Shown: positions 24,859 through 38,430, counted from the whole stretch's first letter. The stretch: 63,985 nucleotides of DNA, filler included, from Octopus bimaculoides (GCF_001194135.2; 5 parts of 5 records of this genome joined end to end with filler, not necessarily neighbours in it); one strand, 5' to 3'. The notes: generated from the sequence alone by a model not told the origin. Translations and numbers: made by a program.

Positions 24859-27800
24859 TAGGTTCCTCACAGGAAAAAACACAGGTACAAGATTTTCTGG
24901 GCAGTGAACACTAACGGGGTCGGGGGCGTGGGTATGTTTCTTGCGGAAAAATGGGCTGATAAGGTAATCGAGGTAGTCAGAGTATACGATAAAATACTTA
25001 AGATTAGATTAGTGCTACATCATGGGTTAGCAACCATTATCTCGATCTGTGCACCACAGCCGGGGCTACCTGATGAACAGAAAGACCGATTTTATGACAC
25101 TACCACACGACCGCGTCTACACCTATTCTATCTATTTCATTACCATGTAAACATAGTTTAAACACAGTTTCGTCTTTCTCGCTATTGTCTTAAGACAAAC
25201 CTAAGCTCCTTCATGCGTATTCATATTCGTCACCTATTCATTTATTCAAGTTTTTCAAATCGTCACTTAATTCTCTAATATTGTCACAGATTGGCTGACC
25301 GAAAATTCTAAGATTTTTCAATTCTATTTCACTATTATCGGCATTTGCTGTTTCATTAAATTATGTTACTCAAAATCCCAAAAGAATATTTTTCTCCCTC
25401 GTGTTCTATCCCTGACCACCCTAACTCTGGCTCCCTCTCTCGCTTTGCCTCACTCGGTCTCTCTCTCTGTTTCGATTACCACGTGCTTCACCAACACTTA
25501 TCCCCTCTTCCACCCCCACTCTATATAAACTAGCGCACACACTCGGATTCTCTTACTCCATTTTAATAACTGCCCCGAAAGAATACGAATCTAGAAGATG
25601 CTCTTGTCTATTTTTGCCATCGCGTGGTACGCCCGCCATCTGTACCGGAAGTCCCTATCCTATCTCATCGTTTGGTTGTCTCCCATGAATACTTCTAAAG
25701 GTTTAACGCCATCTCCACCTCTGCTTAAGGTTTATCTCCTATGTAATGTAATGATCATATAGTGCATAAACATGATGGTGTAGTGTATGCAGGCTGAAGG
25801 CTATTGTTTATTTATGAATTCTGCCAAATGCGAGCTTACTTTTCAGGTACATGACGCTGCTACATCGATGCCCAGAAGATGACCGGCATGATGTAGAAGA
25901 CAACTGTAGGTTTCTACGGGACAACCTGCTGAGGGCCACTGACCTGATGTGTGGATGGTGCAAAGTCCTCTCGCGTCCCAAGGTAACGTCGTTGTGGAAC
26001 AATGTTGTTGACAGGGCCATTAGGGAAAAGAAACAGGCTTGGAAGGACTGGAAGAACGGTAGTAGTAGGGAATTGTATCAGACTGCCAGAAAGGAAGCTA
26101 GGAGACAGGTTTATTTAGCCAGAGGGGAAGCAGATAAGAAAGAATTTGCCAATGTTCTGTGCCGTGAGGACCAAAGACTTGAGGTATTTCGTGTTGCAAG
26201 ACAGTGTGTGAGAGAGAATCGTGATGTCGTAAGAGAGAAATGTGTTCGCATGGATGATGGGTCACTTGCATTATACGAGGCTTCAAAGAGAGACATTTGG
26301 AGACGCCACTGTGAAAGGTTGCTCAATAAAGAGAATGAAGGGGAGAAAGAGAGTCTCCCGAATGTCAACCCAACAGAGGGACCAGCTATCCGAATTGACA
26401 GTACCTTGGTAGATAAAGCAGTTAAGGGTATGACGATAGGGAAAGCCCCCGACCCATCAGGAATCACCGCAGAGATGCTCAAAATATCTGGCGGTGTCGG
26501 CTATAACCTAGTCACCCGTATAGTTAACCAGGTGATACATGAAGGAGTCATACTCAATGACTGGTGTAGCAGCACCATAGTCAACTGCTACAAAGGCAAA
26601 GGTGACGCTTTAGATACAAATAATTACAGAGGTATCAAGTTGTTGGATCAGGTAATGAAAGTCACGGAGAGGATCATAGCCCAACTAATTAGGCAGAGAG
26701 TTAGTCTAAGATGAGATGCAGTTTAGGTTCGTGCCAGGGAAAAGCGCCACTGATGCTATATTTCTGGTAAGACAGCTGCAGGAGAAATACCTAGCCAAAG
26801 ATAAACCTCTGTACTTAGCTTTCGTTGACATAGAGAAAGCCTTTGACAGGGTTCCCCCGATCCCTTATCTGGTGGTCAATGAGGAAACTAGGGATAGATG
26901 AATGGTTAGTGAGAGCTGTGCAAGCCATGTACAGGGATGCTGTCAGTAAGGTGAGGGTTGGCAACGAGTACAATGAAGAATTCCGAGTAGGGGTAGGGGT
27001 CCACCAACGATCAGTCCTCATCCCCCTCTTATTCATCATAGTTCTCCAGGCGATAACAGAGGAATTCAAGACAGGCTGCCTCTGGGAGCTCCTCTATGCT
27101 GATGACCTTGCTCTAATTGCTGAGTCACTATCAGAACTAGAGGAAAAGTTTCGAAGGGCTTTAGAGTCAACCTAGCTAAAACCAAAGTCTTAATAAGTAG
27201 GAAGGCAGACAAACCACAAACCCCTTCAGGTAGATGGCCCTGCTCGATCTGTAAAAAAGGCGTAGGTAGAAACTCCATAAGATGTACCCAGTGTAAGCTA
27301 TGGATACATAAGAGGTGCAGCAGTATCAAAGGAAGTCTAACTGGGAAGATAGTTTTTGTGTGTGGCAAATGCTTTTGTATGTGGCAAATGCACTGAAAAT
27401 GTGCAGAGGACAGCTTCTGTCACATTCCAGGGAGAAAAACTAGAAGTAGTTGATAGCGTTCTTTATCTAGGGGACCAAGTCAGTAGCAGGGGTGGATGCT
27501 CTGAAAGTGTAGCTGCTAGAATAAGAATAGCCTGGGCAAAGTTCAGAGAGCTCCTACCTCCGCTGATGACAAAGGGCCTCTCGCTCAGAGCAAGAGGTAG
27601 ACTGTATGACGTATGTGTACGAACAGCCATGCTACATGGCAGTGAACCATGGGCCGTGACTGCTGAGGACATGCATAAGCTTGCAAGGAATGAAGCCAGT
27701 ATGCTCTGATGGATGTGTAATGTCAGTGTGCATACACGTCAGAGTGTAAGCGCCCTGAGAGAAAAGTTAGATTTAAGAAGCATCAGATGTGGTGTGTAAG

Positions 27801-28650
27801 AGAAACGACTGCGCTTGTATGGTCATGTGTTGCGAATGAATGAGGACTGCTGTGTGAAAAAGTGTTACACACTCGCTGTTGAGGGAACCTGTGGAAGTGG
27901 TAGACCCAGAATAACCTGGGATGAGGTGGTGAAGCATGACCTTCGAACATTGGGCCTTACCGAGGCAATGACTAGTGACCAAGACCTTTGGAGATATGCT
28001 GTGCTCGAGAAGACTCGACAAGGCAAGTGAGCCCATAACCTATGGCCTATGCCAGTGGGTGTAACCAGCCAACTTATGGATACCCCTCATTCATTGGACA
28101 ATAAACTTTGCTTGTGAAGAACTATTGAGGCAAGTGAAATCAAATCAAAATCAAAATCGCTGACGTGGACGATGACAGTACCGCCTGATTGGCACTCGTG
28201 CCAGTGGAACGTTAAAAGCACATCCGAGCGTGATCATTGCCAGGGCCACGAATTGGCTCCCGTACCGATGACACGTGAAAAGCACCATTCAAGCGTAATC
28301 GTCGCCAGCGTCGCCTTACCGGCACATGTGCCGGTGGCACATGAAAAACAACATTCGAGCGTGGTCGTTGCCACTGCTGCCGGACTGGTTCCCGTGCAGG
28401 TAGCACGTGAAAACACCTTTTGAGCGTGGTCGTTGCCAGAACCGCCTGACTGGCCCTGTGTCGGTGGTACGTAAAAGCAACCACTACACTCTCGGAGTGG
28501 TTGGTGTTAGGAAGGGCATCCAGCTATAGAAACTTTGCCAGATCAGATTGAGCCTGGTGCAACCTCTGATTCACCAGTCCTCAGTCAAACCGTCCAACCC
28601 ATGCTAGCATGGAAAGTGGACGTTAAACGATGATGAGGAGGAGGATTCCC
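24856..28650 (+). mobile_element. RTE-clade LINE (APE + RT), inactive, interrupted by a ~0.65-kb insertion
   Basis: APE remnant GVGGVGMFLAEKWADKV...APQPGL...FYDT; RT motifs KGKGDALDTNNYRGIKLL, MQFRFVPGKSATDAIF, AFVDIEKAFDRV, GVHQRSVLIPL, LLYADDLAL; 3' UTR ending GAT/GAG repeats. Frameshifts (e.g. about 26708) and stops. Confidence 0.93.
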
Positions 28651-31324
28651 TTTTTTGGAGCTGGGTCTCGAGGTACATAAAGTTATAAATAAAGTCATGT
28701 AAATATTATGTTGCCTAGCTACCAAGAAAAGACTTCCTTGTTGATTCATACATATACTTATATATGCAAGACGGGATGGTGCGATTTGTGTGAAATTTAG
28801 CTGTTATTTTTAACAGTTCCATAGGATCTATTGCAAAGGCAAATACAGAGAATTCCCATATACAGTAAATGATAGCATGTGATTTGATTGGTTGAAAAAT
28901 CGTTATCAGATTACATTGCTTACATTTAAAAAAAAGAGTGCGATTTAAGTATAAAATAAAAGTTCAAAGAAATTCTTTTTTTCAGTCCCCCACCTCCTGT
29001 TATATTATATTTAAATATATATACCAGGTGATAGAATTGTCTGACCTGGTGACGATACCCGGTTTTGATCCATTTCAACTTTTGCTCATGCACTGTACAA
29101 ACGGAAGCTGAGATAAGTGAAGACTTATGTTTATATGTTTATAAGCCCGGTTTCACCCGGTCGGTTTCGATGATGTGGCTGTAAAACTTGCTCTGTGTAA
29201 GCATTCGACTTGTTTGGGCACGCTTACGTTAAAAAAACAATTTTAGAATGACGTTTTTCTGTCAAAACGCTAAAAATAACTAACCAACAAAAAAAAAGAC
29301 CAAGATTCAACCAAATCAAAAAATAAACCCAAATACTAAGCGAACAAAGATGAAGCATGCCACTTCCATTGAACGCGCACACATACACACACATAAACAC
29401 ATACACGCGCGCGCACGCATACACACATATATTCACACAGTTGAAACGCTGTTTGATTTATTTTTTCAGTGTACAATTTTCATCATCCCTCTACCAAATG
29501 TAACATCACCCCTTCCTTCCTTATTCATTCTTTATTCATCTATCACGCCTTCCTTTCTCATTCATAAACACAAGAGTATTATTATAGTAGATTATCTCGG
29601 TAACCATGGGAGCTATGAAAAAATACAAAGCCCAGCATCACCACCGGATCATTCTACACATCTGTGTAAGTTTTCACGCAATTCCACCCAGCCGTTTGAC
29701 CGTGAATCCCAAGACAAGAAAGAATCGCCCATGTCAAATTTATATGTATAGATATAATGCTTGTGTATGCATGTGTGTGTGTATGTATACATGCATAAAT
29801 AAAGATGTGTGCGTGTGTGTGTGTGCGCGCGTGTGTGTACATATATATATATATTTGTACGCACATATGTATACTTACATACGAATACATTTATGTATGT
29901 ATACAAACAGGTACATATGTATGTGTTTTGATTCTCCATACATTATACATATCTATGACGTCATGCTTTTCTTCTGCCTTTCATATCGTCCTGTTTAATA
30001 ATTCACTGTGTCGTCTGGTTTTAAACAATACACTTTTCTATGCGCCATTGTTACAAATACAAATGAAAGGAATAACTGAATTAAAGCGAGGGAATGAAAG
30101 AATGAATATGAGAATAAAAGAATGAATGAATTAAAGAATGGGTGATTATATGCATTGCAAGAATATATATCGATTACCTCAAACCGAGCAAAATGTCTTA
30201 TATATAATAGCGTAAGGCATCGCCCGTGAGCTCGTAAAAGACAAACTGAAGACGAGGACTTACACTGTAGACTAGTTACTGAACTATTCGGCAGAAAAGG
30301 TACTTCCGGTGAGGTGAATAACAAGACCCGGGCTTTAGGAGTAGATCGTTCTTTCTCACGCTTGTAAATGTTTGACATGCAATAAACAAGTTCAAATCAC
30401 TCTTTTGTTATTTTACGTATCGTTTAACTAAAGCTATAAGAGTTTCATAACTTTCTGGTGGTCCTCTTTTGTAAACTAAACCGGGGATGATCTCAAATTT
30501 TTAAGCTGTTATTTAGCACCAAGTCTATCGGAATAGAGTAGGCCTGTGATCAAAGACGTTCAGTTCGTATCACACAATTGTTTAAGATATAATCTATCAC
30601 GGGCCATATTAACCGATATTCACGTTTCCCCCCTGGGTTGGAGTTTATTAAGCATGGTGTGATGACAGAAATTTAGCTGCTGTTTTTAGTAGATTGATTA
30701 ATCACGGGAAATTTTTTTTAATGTTTCGAGATTTCAGTTTTTCATTTTGTTGTCAGGATGAGAGACAAATATCTTATGGTTCTAGGATACGAAGCTTCCG
30801 AAGGTAACTTTTGCTCTGAAGAAAGTTTTAACAAAACTTTGAAGCTTGTCAATCAGCCGTTAGTTTTATTATATTGCTACTGCTTGCCAAGATAAATCAT
30901 ATGATATTATGTTGCCGACTTACAGATAAATAGACTGGGTTATTGAGAATACTTTCAAGCGCGGATGTAATGTAGTCCTGATCACAATAAATGAACCAGC
31001 AGACTGTTGACTGGCTTTTGACCCAATATCTTAAACATAAGCCAAATACTTGAAATTACGCGGAAAATAAACATGCTAAACATTTTTGGTTTTCACCTAC
31101 ACACGACTAAAAACCTACCAGTTACGATTGAGGGTTAAAGCCACGTGTCTACCTATTCCCTATTGCTCGTGTTACAGCTTCTTTGAATCGAAGATACCTG
31201 TTAACATTTCCTTGATGGGTTTCAGTAGGTAACAGGCCACATCTTCAGGTTACATATGCTTGAATTCATTGATGCTTTCTATTATTTTCACCAACATTCT
31301 GTTGTTTGAATGTCTCCTATATTT

Positions 31325-32399
31325 CTCACAAACACGAAACATGGCTTCGACTAGGGAGGAGCTGCATCACACAGCTACTGCAGAACTTTGACTGGGTACT
31401 GAAGCAACAACTAAACCAGTCAGCTACAGACGTGATATACCTCTTCTTTGCTAAGGCTTTAGACAAGGTTGATCATGACATATGTGACAAGCTGTGAAAC
31501 CTTGTTATTACTTGGAAACTGGGAGTGTGGGTGCATGATTTTCTGAAGGGCAGGAGTCAGACAGTTGTATCCAATGGCACTCACTCTGAAGAGACACCAG
31601 TTCTCAGCGGAGTCCCACAGGGAACGTTACTGAGGTCACTACTAATTGTGGCGGCCCTCTAAGACATGCCCTCCATGATACAGTCAGCTAATCTAACCAG
31701 TTATGCTGACGAAATAAAAGTATCTCAGGTAGTTAGGAAACCAGAGGACATCATAAAACTGCAAAAAGACCTGAATGAAATATACAAATGGGCTAACAAA
31801 AATAACATGCAGTTCCATGCCATAAAATTTCAAGCATTTCACTATCGGTCCAACACCAGGCTAAAATCGTAATACACTGGACCAGAAGGTAATACGATCC
31901 CAGAGTTAGAGTCGGTGCGTGACCTGGGGGATTCACATGAGCAATGATACAACATTCCATGTGCATATTACCAAGATGGCAACACTGTGCAGGGGAGTTG
32001 CTGTATGGATTCTGAGGACATTCAGAACCAGGAAAAGAGAGGCCCTGCTACTCCTATGCAGAACTTTCGTTCTCAGCCGCTTGGATTACTGCTCCCAACT
32101 ATGGTCCCCGGAGAGTGTGAAACAAACTGTGGAACTTGAAGCAATCCAGCGCCAATACACAAAGAAGATTGACTCGATTCAAAAGATGGGCTACTGGGAG
32201 AGGCTAAAGGAGCTGAGTCTCTATTCCCTGGAGAGAAGACGAGAGAGATATGCGCGTCTTCCCCATCTAAAATAAGGACGCAGTACTGCATTGTCTGGGT
32301 TTCAAGGGCCCACAAATGTTCAACATCCTACCAGGAGATCTACATGGTGTTGACGTTGAGATTTTCAAGGAACGTCTGAACAGGTTTCTATCTGAGATA
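31325..32399 (+). mobile_element. CR1/L2-group LINE RT remnant, 5'-truncated, running into a gap
   Basis: RSCITQLL, YLFFAKALDKVDH, SGVPQGTLL, SYADEIK, DLGIHM, LDYCSQLWSP, YWERLKELSLYSLERRRERY; stops and frameshifts. Confidence 0.9.
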
Positions 32400-33099
32400 N
32401 NNNNNNNNNNNNNNNNNNNNNNNNNNNNNNNNNNNNNNNNNNNNNNNNNNNNNNNNNNNNNNNNNNNNNNNNNNNNNNNNNNNNNNNNNNNNNNNNNNNN
32501 NNNNNNNNNNNNNNNNNNNNNNNNNNNNNNNNNNNNNNNNNNNNNNNNNNNNNNNNNNNNNNNNNNNNNNNNNNNNNNNNNNNNNNNNNNNNNNNNNNNN
32601 NNNNNNNNNNNNNNNNNNNNNNNNNNNNNNNNNNNNNNNNNNNNNNNNNNNNNNNNNNNNNNNNNNNNNNNNNNNNNNNNNNNNNNNNNNNNNNNNNNNN
32701 NNNNNNNNNNNNNNNNNNNNNNNNNNNNNNNNNNNNNNNNNNNNNNNNNNNNNNNNNNNNNNNNNNNNNNNNNNNNNNNNNNNNNNNNNNNNNNNNNNNN
32801 NNNNNNNNNNNNNNNNNNNNNNNNNNNNNNNNNNNNNNNNNNNNNNNNNNNNNNNNNNNNNNNNNNNNNNNNNNNNNNNNNNNNNNNNNNNNNNNNNNNN
32901 NNNNNNNNNNNNNNNNNNNNNNNNNNNNNNNNNNNNNNNNNNNNNNNNNNNNNNNNNNNNNNNNNNNNNNNNNNNNNNNNNNNNNNNNNNNNNNNNNNNN
33001 NNNNNNNNNNNNNNNNNNNNNNNNNNNNNNNNNNNNNNNNNNNNNNNNNNNNNNNNNNNNNNNNNNNNNNNNNNNNNNNNNNNNNNNNNNNNNNNNNNN

Positions 33100-33130
<31 letters not shown>

Positions 33131-33208
33131 GTATATATATACAAGATGGGACAAGAACGCAAAACATCCAGACAGGTGATACAAAAAAGGACAATACAAC
33201 GATACAAT

Positions 33209-33336
33209 TGGTACTTAATTTATCGACCTCGAGCAAGGTAGGCCTTGCAAAGTTGGCCTAGGTGGAATTTGAGCTCAGAACGTAACGACGGATGAATGTC
33301 GCTAAGCATTTTGCCCGATTCTGCCAGCTCGCCGCC
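33209..33336 (-). mobile_element. SINE family A, partial
   Basis: Head and B-box region present. Confidence 0.7.
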
Positions 33337-33811
33337 TCCCTTCATTTAATATTAATTTTGTTTTTTCATATGACTTTTCATAAAAAAAAACATTAATGTA
33401 TGTGCGTGTGTGTGTTTGTGTGTGTATACGTAGATGTTGAACGATGAAAATGAGTGCTCAACACTGCATTGGTGGATAGAATTTCTTTATTTGTGAATTG
33501 GGTGAAATTTGGGTAAAAACCTCGTAGAATGCTATGCAAAGCTCGTTCACAGTTAATGGCTACCTGTAGAAATGCACGTGCTACTGAATATACATCATGA
33601 ATTCCATAGTGTCCGTAGAGCTTATATAAATAGATCAAAGACAGAAAATATGGTTAACAATATCCTTCATTCAAAATCACCATCTGTAGTTCATTGGTGA
33701 GATGTTTTGAAATCAATTACCTTACATCACGGATGCAGAATGCACCTCCTCGGGTCACTCTTTAAACGACTTCTTCGTTATATTCTCTCACCAGTTCACT
33801 CGGTTTATAAA

Positions 33812-34103
33812 ACGAGGTTATTACCAGTTCAAGCATATTTGGAGCATATTGTCAGACCCATAAGAAAGTCATTCACTGTGTTTTGTCATGGAGAAAATTT
33901 CTCGCCGTAGACAATCTTTAGGTGTATTTTTAAGTGTATTTACACCATTTACAGAACGAGAAATTTCCTCGTTTTGGGTATATTTTTAGGTATATTTACA
34001 TCATTTGTCTACAGCGAGAAATTTTCTCCGTTACAAAACACATTGAATGGCTTTCTTGCGGGTTCAAATACGCCCAAACATAGTGGAACTGGTAATAACA
34101 ACG
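33812..34103. mobile_element. MITE-like foldback, ~100-bp imperfect arms
   Basis: 33812-33914 versus 34005-34103 are inverted; the spacer contains a direct duplication. Confidence 0.7.
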
Positions 34104-34454
34104 TAATTTTCAGGCAGAATCTTCATGGCACAGTATGTAACAAAGCTGTACTTCTTGAACTACAGCTACAGTTCAGCTGACGGCCTTGTATACAGTTTCT
34201 ACCCACTCACTTTTACATAGACATAATGTATATGTATGTATATAGAAAATGTCATATTTCGAAGATGCTACGCTAAAGGATTAAACACGTTCCTTCTTTT
34301 CTTTCTTTTTTTTTGTGGATGAGAAGAGTGCATTTTGATCATGCGATCCACGCTGCACGTACACATATACAACCAACCAATACACGTGCGCGCACACACG
34401 CACTCACAGAAGCACACATATATGTGTATATATACAACATGTATATGTGTGTGT

Positions 34455-34657
<203 letters not shown>

Positions 34658-35150
34658 TGTTTCTTTATTAGCCACACAGGGCTCAACATAGAGGGGACAA
34701 AATACAAATGTAGAGTTTTTCTTTTCGAGGGGGGCGAAAACAAAGCAGGAAAAAACAAAAGTGGGGACAACGATGAAAAAAAACATCGCAAAACGTTTGG
34801 GGTATTNNNNNNNNNNNNNNNNNNNNNNNNNNNNNNNNNNNNNNNNNNNNTTAATTAATTAANNNNNNNNNNNNNNNNNNNNNNNNNNNNNNNNNNNNNN
34901 NNNNNNGAGAGAGAGAGAGAGAGAGAGTTCTCTGAACCATTACCACCCTGCTCTTATTCTGGCTACAATAGTTTTGCAGTAGCTGTTTCAACTAATAATT
35001 AAAACCAATTCTCTGGGGAAACCTTCCATTCTTCATTTAATTCTTCTACATTTCTTGAGAAATCAATACATTTCATTGATGAAAGTAAAATACATACAAA
35101 TCACACACAAATAATTGGGGAACTTTTTTTTTCTTTCAACATGAACTCAC

Positions 35151-35258
35151 ATTTTCTTCTTCTAGTTCACTGATAGTTACTTGAGTGTCAACCAGTTTCG
35201 ATGTGACTGCTGCATGTTCTTTCTGTATATTGGTTTTCTCTGCCTCAAATTTATTGAC
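35151..35258 (-). CDS. TJAP1: TJAP1/BEGAIN-family exon VNKFEAEKTNIQKEHAAVTSKLVDTQVTISELEEEN
   Basis: Acceptor tataatttcag|, donor AAT|gtgagt, 108 nt, phase 0 to 0. Resembles the TJAP1 segment LTNKLLDAKNTINKLEELN as recalled. Confidence 0.88.
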
Positions 35259-35487
35259 CTGAAATTATAAATCATAACAATTGATAGAGCAAAATTTTAA
35301 CATTGATTTTATTGCTAACAAAGATTATATTATCATCCTTAGCTCTCAGAACACTATGTTATCTCCAGTGAAGTCATAAAATTTCATTAAGACAAGAACA
35401 GGTTTCTCCCAAGTATAAACTTAAATAATAAACATTCTCCTTTTTCAATATTCAATAAAAAATTTTAAAAACACACAAAATACTCAC

Positions 35488-35554
35488 AACTTTCAGGAGT
35501 TTATCTTCTAAATTATGATTTTGTTTCTGAAGGCGCTTGTGACTTTCTAATAAT
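35488..35554 (-). CDS. TJAP1: TJAP1/BEGAIN-family exon LLESHKRLQKQNHNLEDKLLKV
   Basis: Acceptor aataatttcag|, donor GTT|gtgagt, 67 nt, phase 2 to 0. The peptide resembles the family motif LQRINQELEDKL (BEGAIN) / QRTNQELEDKL (TJAP1) as recalled. Confidence 0.9.
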
Positions 35555-35835
35555 CTGAAATTATTGAGAATTTAATTTTAAAATTTAATTAAGACTTAAT
35601 AACTGTAATAACAGTGATGGTATTCTGCTAAGAGAGGCATTTTCAAAAGTGAACTAATTTCATATTAACCCATTTGTTACAATATTTATGTTGAAATATA
35701 TACAGTCTTTGTTTCAATTAACTTTAAAAATAAAGAAGAATTTATTGAATCAACTTTGTTACTTTTAAGCTGGTGTCTGAAATACAAATTAACATGAAAT
35801 TTTGATGGCAGTTATAATTCAGACCACTTTAAAAG

Positions 35836-37529
35836 TTGTTGCGCCAAGCTACACCAAACTCCACCACCTCAGCAGTTGTTTCTTTTGGTTTGGATGATGA
35901 CCCAGAGAGTGAGTATTTTCCTAGTTCAGAATCAGATGATTCTGATAGCAATGATGATATTACGGTGAATCAAAGGTACAGGAGGGCAGCAGTGAACAGC
36001 CCTGGACAACAGAATGTCATGTGGTGAGCGAGAGACAATTTTGTCCAACAGCATGGGCTTACTGGTACACCTGGCATTAAGGCAAACCTTGAACATGGAA
36101 GTTTACCATTGGAAATCTTCCACAAGTTTTTGACAGATGAAATGTTCCAATATAGAGCAGACGAAACGAATTACTATGCTGAAAACCATCCCCAGCATGT
36201 CAGACCCGGGCATGGCAGTGATTGGTTTCCAACCCCAGGGAACAAAATCAAAGTTTTGCTTGCCTTGCTGATACTGATGGGCATTGTGGAAAAAACCAAC
36301 CCTGGCATCATATTGGAATCGGGATCCCGCCACATTGACACCTTTCTTTCCAGAAACAATGCCATGTGATCGATTTTTGGTGCTTCTTCAAAATCTACAT
36401 TTCAACTAAGGCGAGAGCCAGAGGCTGCACAAAATACATTCTATTGTTGATGAAGTGGCTGAAAATTTCAGAACTGTGTATGTCCCCACATTTGTACAGA
36501 TGAGAGTTTGTGGAAATTCAAGGGAAGGCTTCAATGCAAACAATACAACCCAACCAAAGGTGCCCCACTTTGAAGTCAAGGTCTATAAAATATGCCAGTC
36601 AACTGGAAGAGCCTGTGGGTACATGTGGAGTTACAAAATCTACACTGGTCAGGACAGATTGGGTCTTCCAGCATCTACTCTAGCATCAATTAATGTCATG
36701 TTGTTGCTGAATGAAAATTTGTTTAACAAAGGCTACAGTATTCATATGGACAACTGGTTTTTCCAGTCCAGACCTCTTCCTGCAGCTGCAGGTGAAGAGG
36801 ATTAATGCCTGTGGGACTGAGGACACACAAGTAAAACATATCGCCCAATCTTCACAAGATAAAACTCTGAAAGGAGGAAACAGCATACTGATGCACCGAT
36901 ATTGGCATTCTTGCTCTAGTGTGGCATGACAAGAAAAACATCTGCAAGTTATCCACAATGCATTCTGCAAGCATGAAGGACATTAGGAAACAAGATGTGG
37001 ATGGTAATACCATAATGAAACTGAGTGTAATTGTTTCATATAACGAAGGGATGGGCAGGGTCAATTGCTCAGATCAGCTGGTGACAACACACAAATCAGT
37101 GAGAAAATTTGTGAAACGGTACAAAATAATTTTCTTGTATATAGTTGATGTGTGTCAGGAACTCACATTTGATTTAGCAGATGCTTGGCGGTGTGGGGGA
37201 TGGATTGAAATTCAGGAATCTATTGTTCCGTGAAATGACAGAAGCATCAGACCTGCTAAAGTATAGAACGCATGGACATCCCCACACCAGACTCTTTCCT
37301 CACTGCATAATAAAGGGACATGGACATTTTCCATGACTGTTTTTCTCCTCCCCCACTGCCAAGAAGACAAATGCTTCAAAGAGATGCCATAGTATGTAAA
37401 GCAAAAGGAAAACATAAGGAAATTAGGTACCATTGTTCACAATGTGATATGCCACTGTGTGTGGTAACCTGTTTTGAACTCTACCACACAAAAGTCAATT
37501 TTTTAATTCATGCAGTTATAAATACATGA
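35836..37529 (+). pseudogene. piggyBac (PGBD-like) transposase relic inside a TJAP1-like intron
   Basis: FLTDEMF..ADETNYYA, IKVLLALLILMGIV, GYMWSYKIYTG, MDNWF.SPDLF, ACGT, VWHDKK, YNEGMGRVNCSDQL and C-terminal C..C..K.KEIRYHCSQCDMPLCVVTCFELYH; many frameshifts. Confidence 0.9.
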
Positions 37530-37720
37530 AGTTGATCTGACTTGGGCTGTCAAGTGATCTTATTCGGGAATAATACTGCATGAGCGTCCTGCACAGGGAT
37601 ATAGTTTCACATTGTCAAATCAAGTCAATTATGTTCTTTACTCAACCAGGGTTGATTTAGGGTTTAACAATAACAATAGCAAAAAGAAAGGTAAAACATT
37701 TCTGTTGATATGTAAATTAC

Positions 37721-37885
37721 CTGTCATAACGATCTCTAAGTCTGGATATTTCCTCTTTCAGTTTAAAAACTTCATATTCAGAAGCCTGTTTACTGAGTAA
37801 GTGTTCTTCTTCTTTGTAATGGATGTGCTTGTTGTTGCGAATAAGACTGCTCTGTAATTCTTCTATCTGCTGATGAAGATCTAAG
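37721..37885 (-). CDS. TJAP1: TJAP1/BEGAIN-family coiled-coil exon LDLHQQIEELQSSLIRNNKHIHYKEEEHLLSKQASEYEVFKLKEEISRLRDRYD(R)
   Basis: Acceptor ttttatcctgtcatctag|, donor CAG|gtaatt, 165 nt open frame, phase 2 to 2, heptad-like composition. Confidence 0.88.
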
Positions 37886-38430
37886 CTAGATGACAGGATA
37901 AAATGAATATTTAATTAAACAGATTAAAACATCCAAAACTACATCATCTAAAATGTTTCAGCTATTTCTTTTGTCTACTTTTCCTTGCCACAAATTGAAA
38001 TTCCTTATTTATTATCTGCCATGTACATAAGGTTAATTCCTTATTTACTATTTGCCATGCTCATGTGATTAATTCTGTTACTATAGTAATAGTAACCATA
38101 GCAACTTTACACACACAGGCTAATATTGATGCTAAACATTGATTCAAGATCACAAATTCAGACAAAGGAGTTTAATCAATCAAATTGGCTAAATACATGG
38201 CATGTGGTTATTTTATCAACCTCAGAAAGGTGAAAATAAAGATGACCTTACTGACATTTGAACTCAGAACATACACTAAATATTGCAAGGCATCTTCTCC
38301 ACTGCTCCACCAGTTTTGCTACCTACTAATTAATAAAAGACATTGAGTCATCTCAAGAAAATGGCAATTTTAAATAGGATTTCATTAGACAAAAAGTTAC
38401 ATTTTTCTCCATTTTCTTTTAACTTGCATA

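Noticed and set aside
25851-26714. Intact 287-aa host gene
   Set aside because: It is an internal stretch of the frameshifted RTE ORF.
28200-28480. CRISPR-like array
   Set aside because: Units are contiguous, diverged ~66-bp tandem repeats with no unique spacers, inside a LINE 3' UTR in a eukaryote.
34851-34862. TTAATTAATTAA as a biological motif (PacI site, piggyBac TTAA target)
   Set aside because: It is always centred in about 100 N; an assembly linker.
36103-37529. Domesticated PGBD gene
   Set aside because: Multiple frameshifts and stops across the DDD domain.
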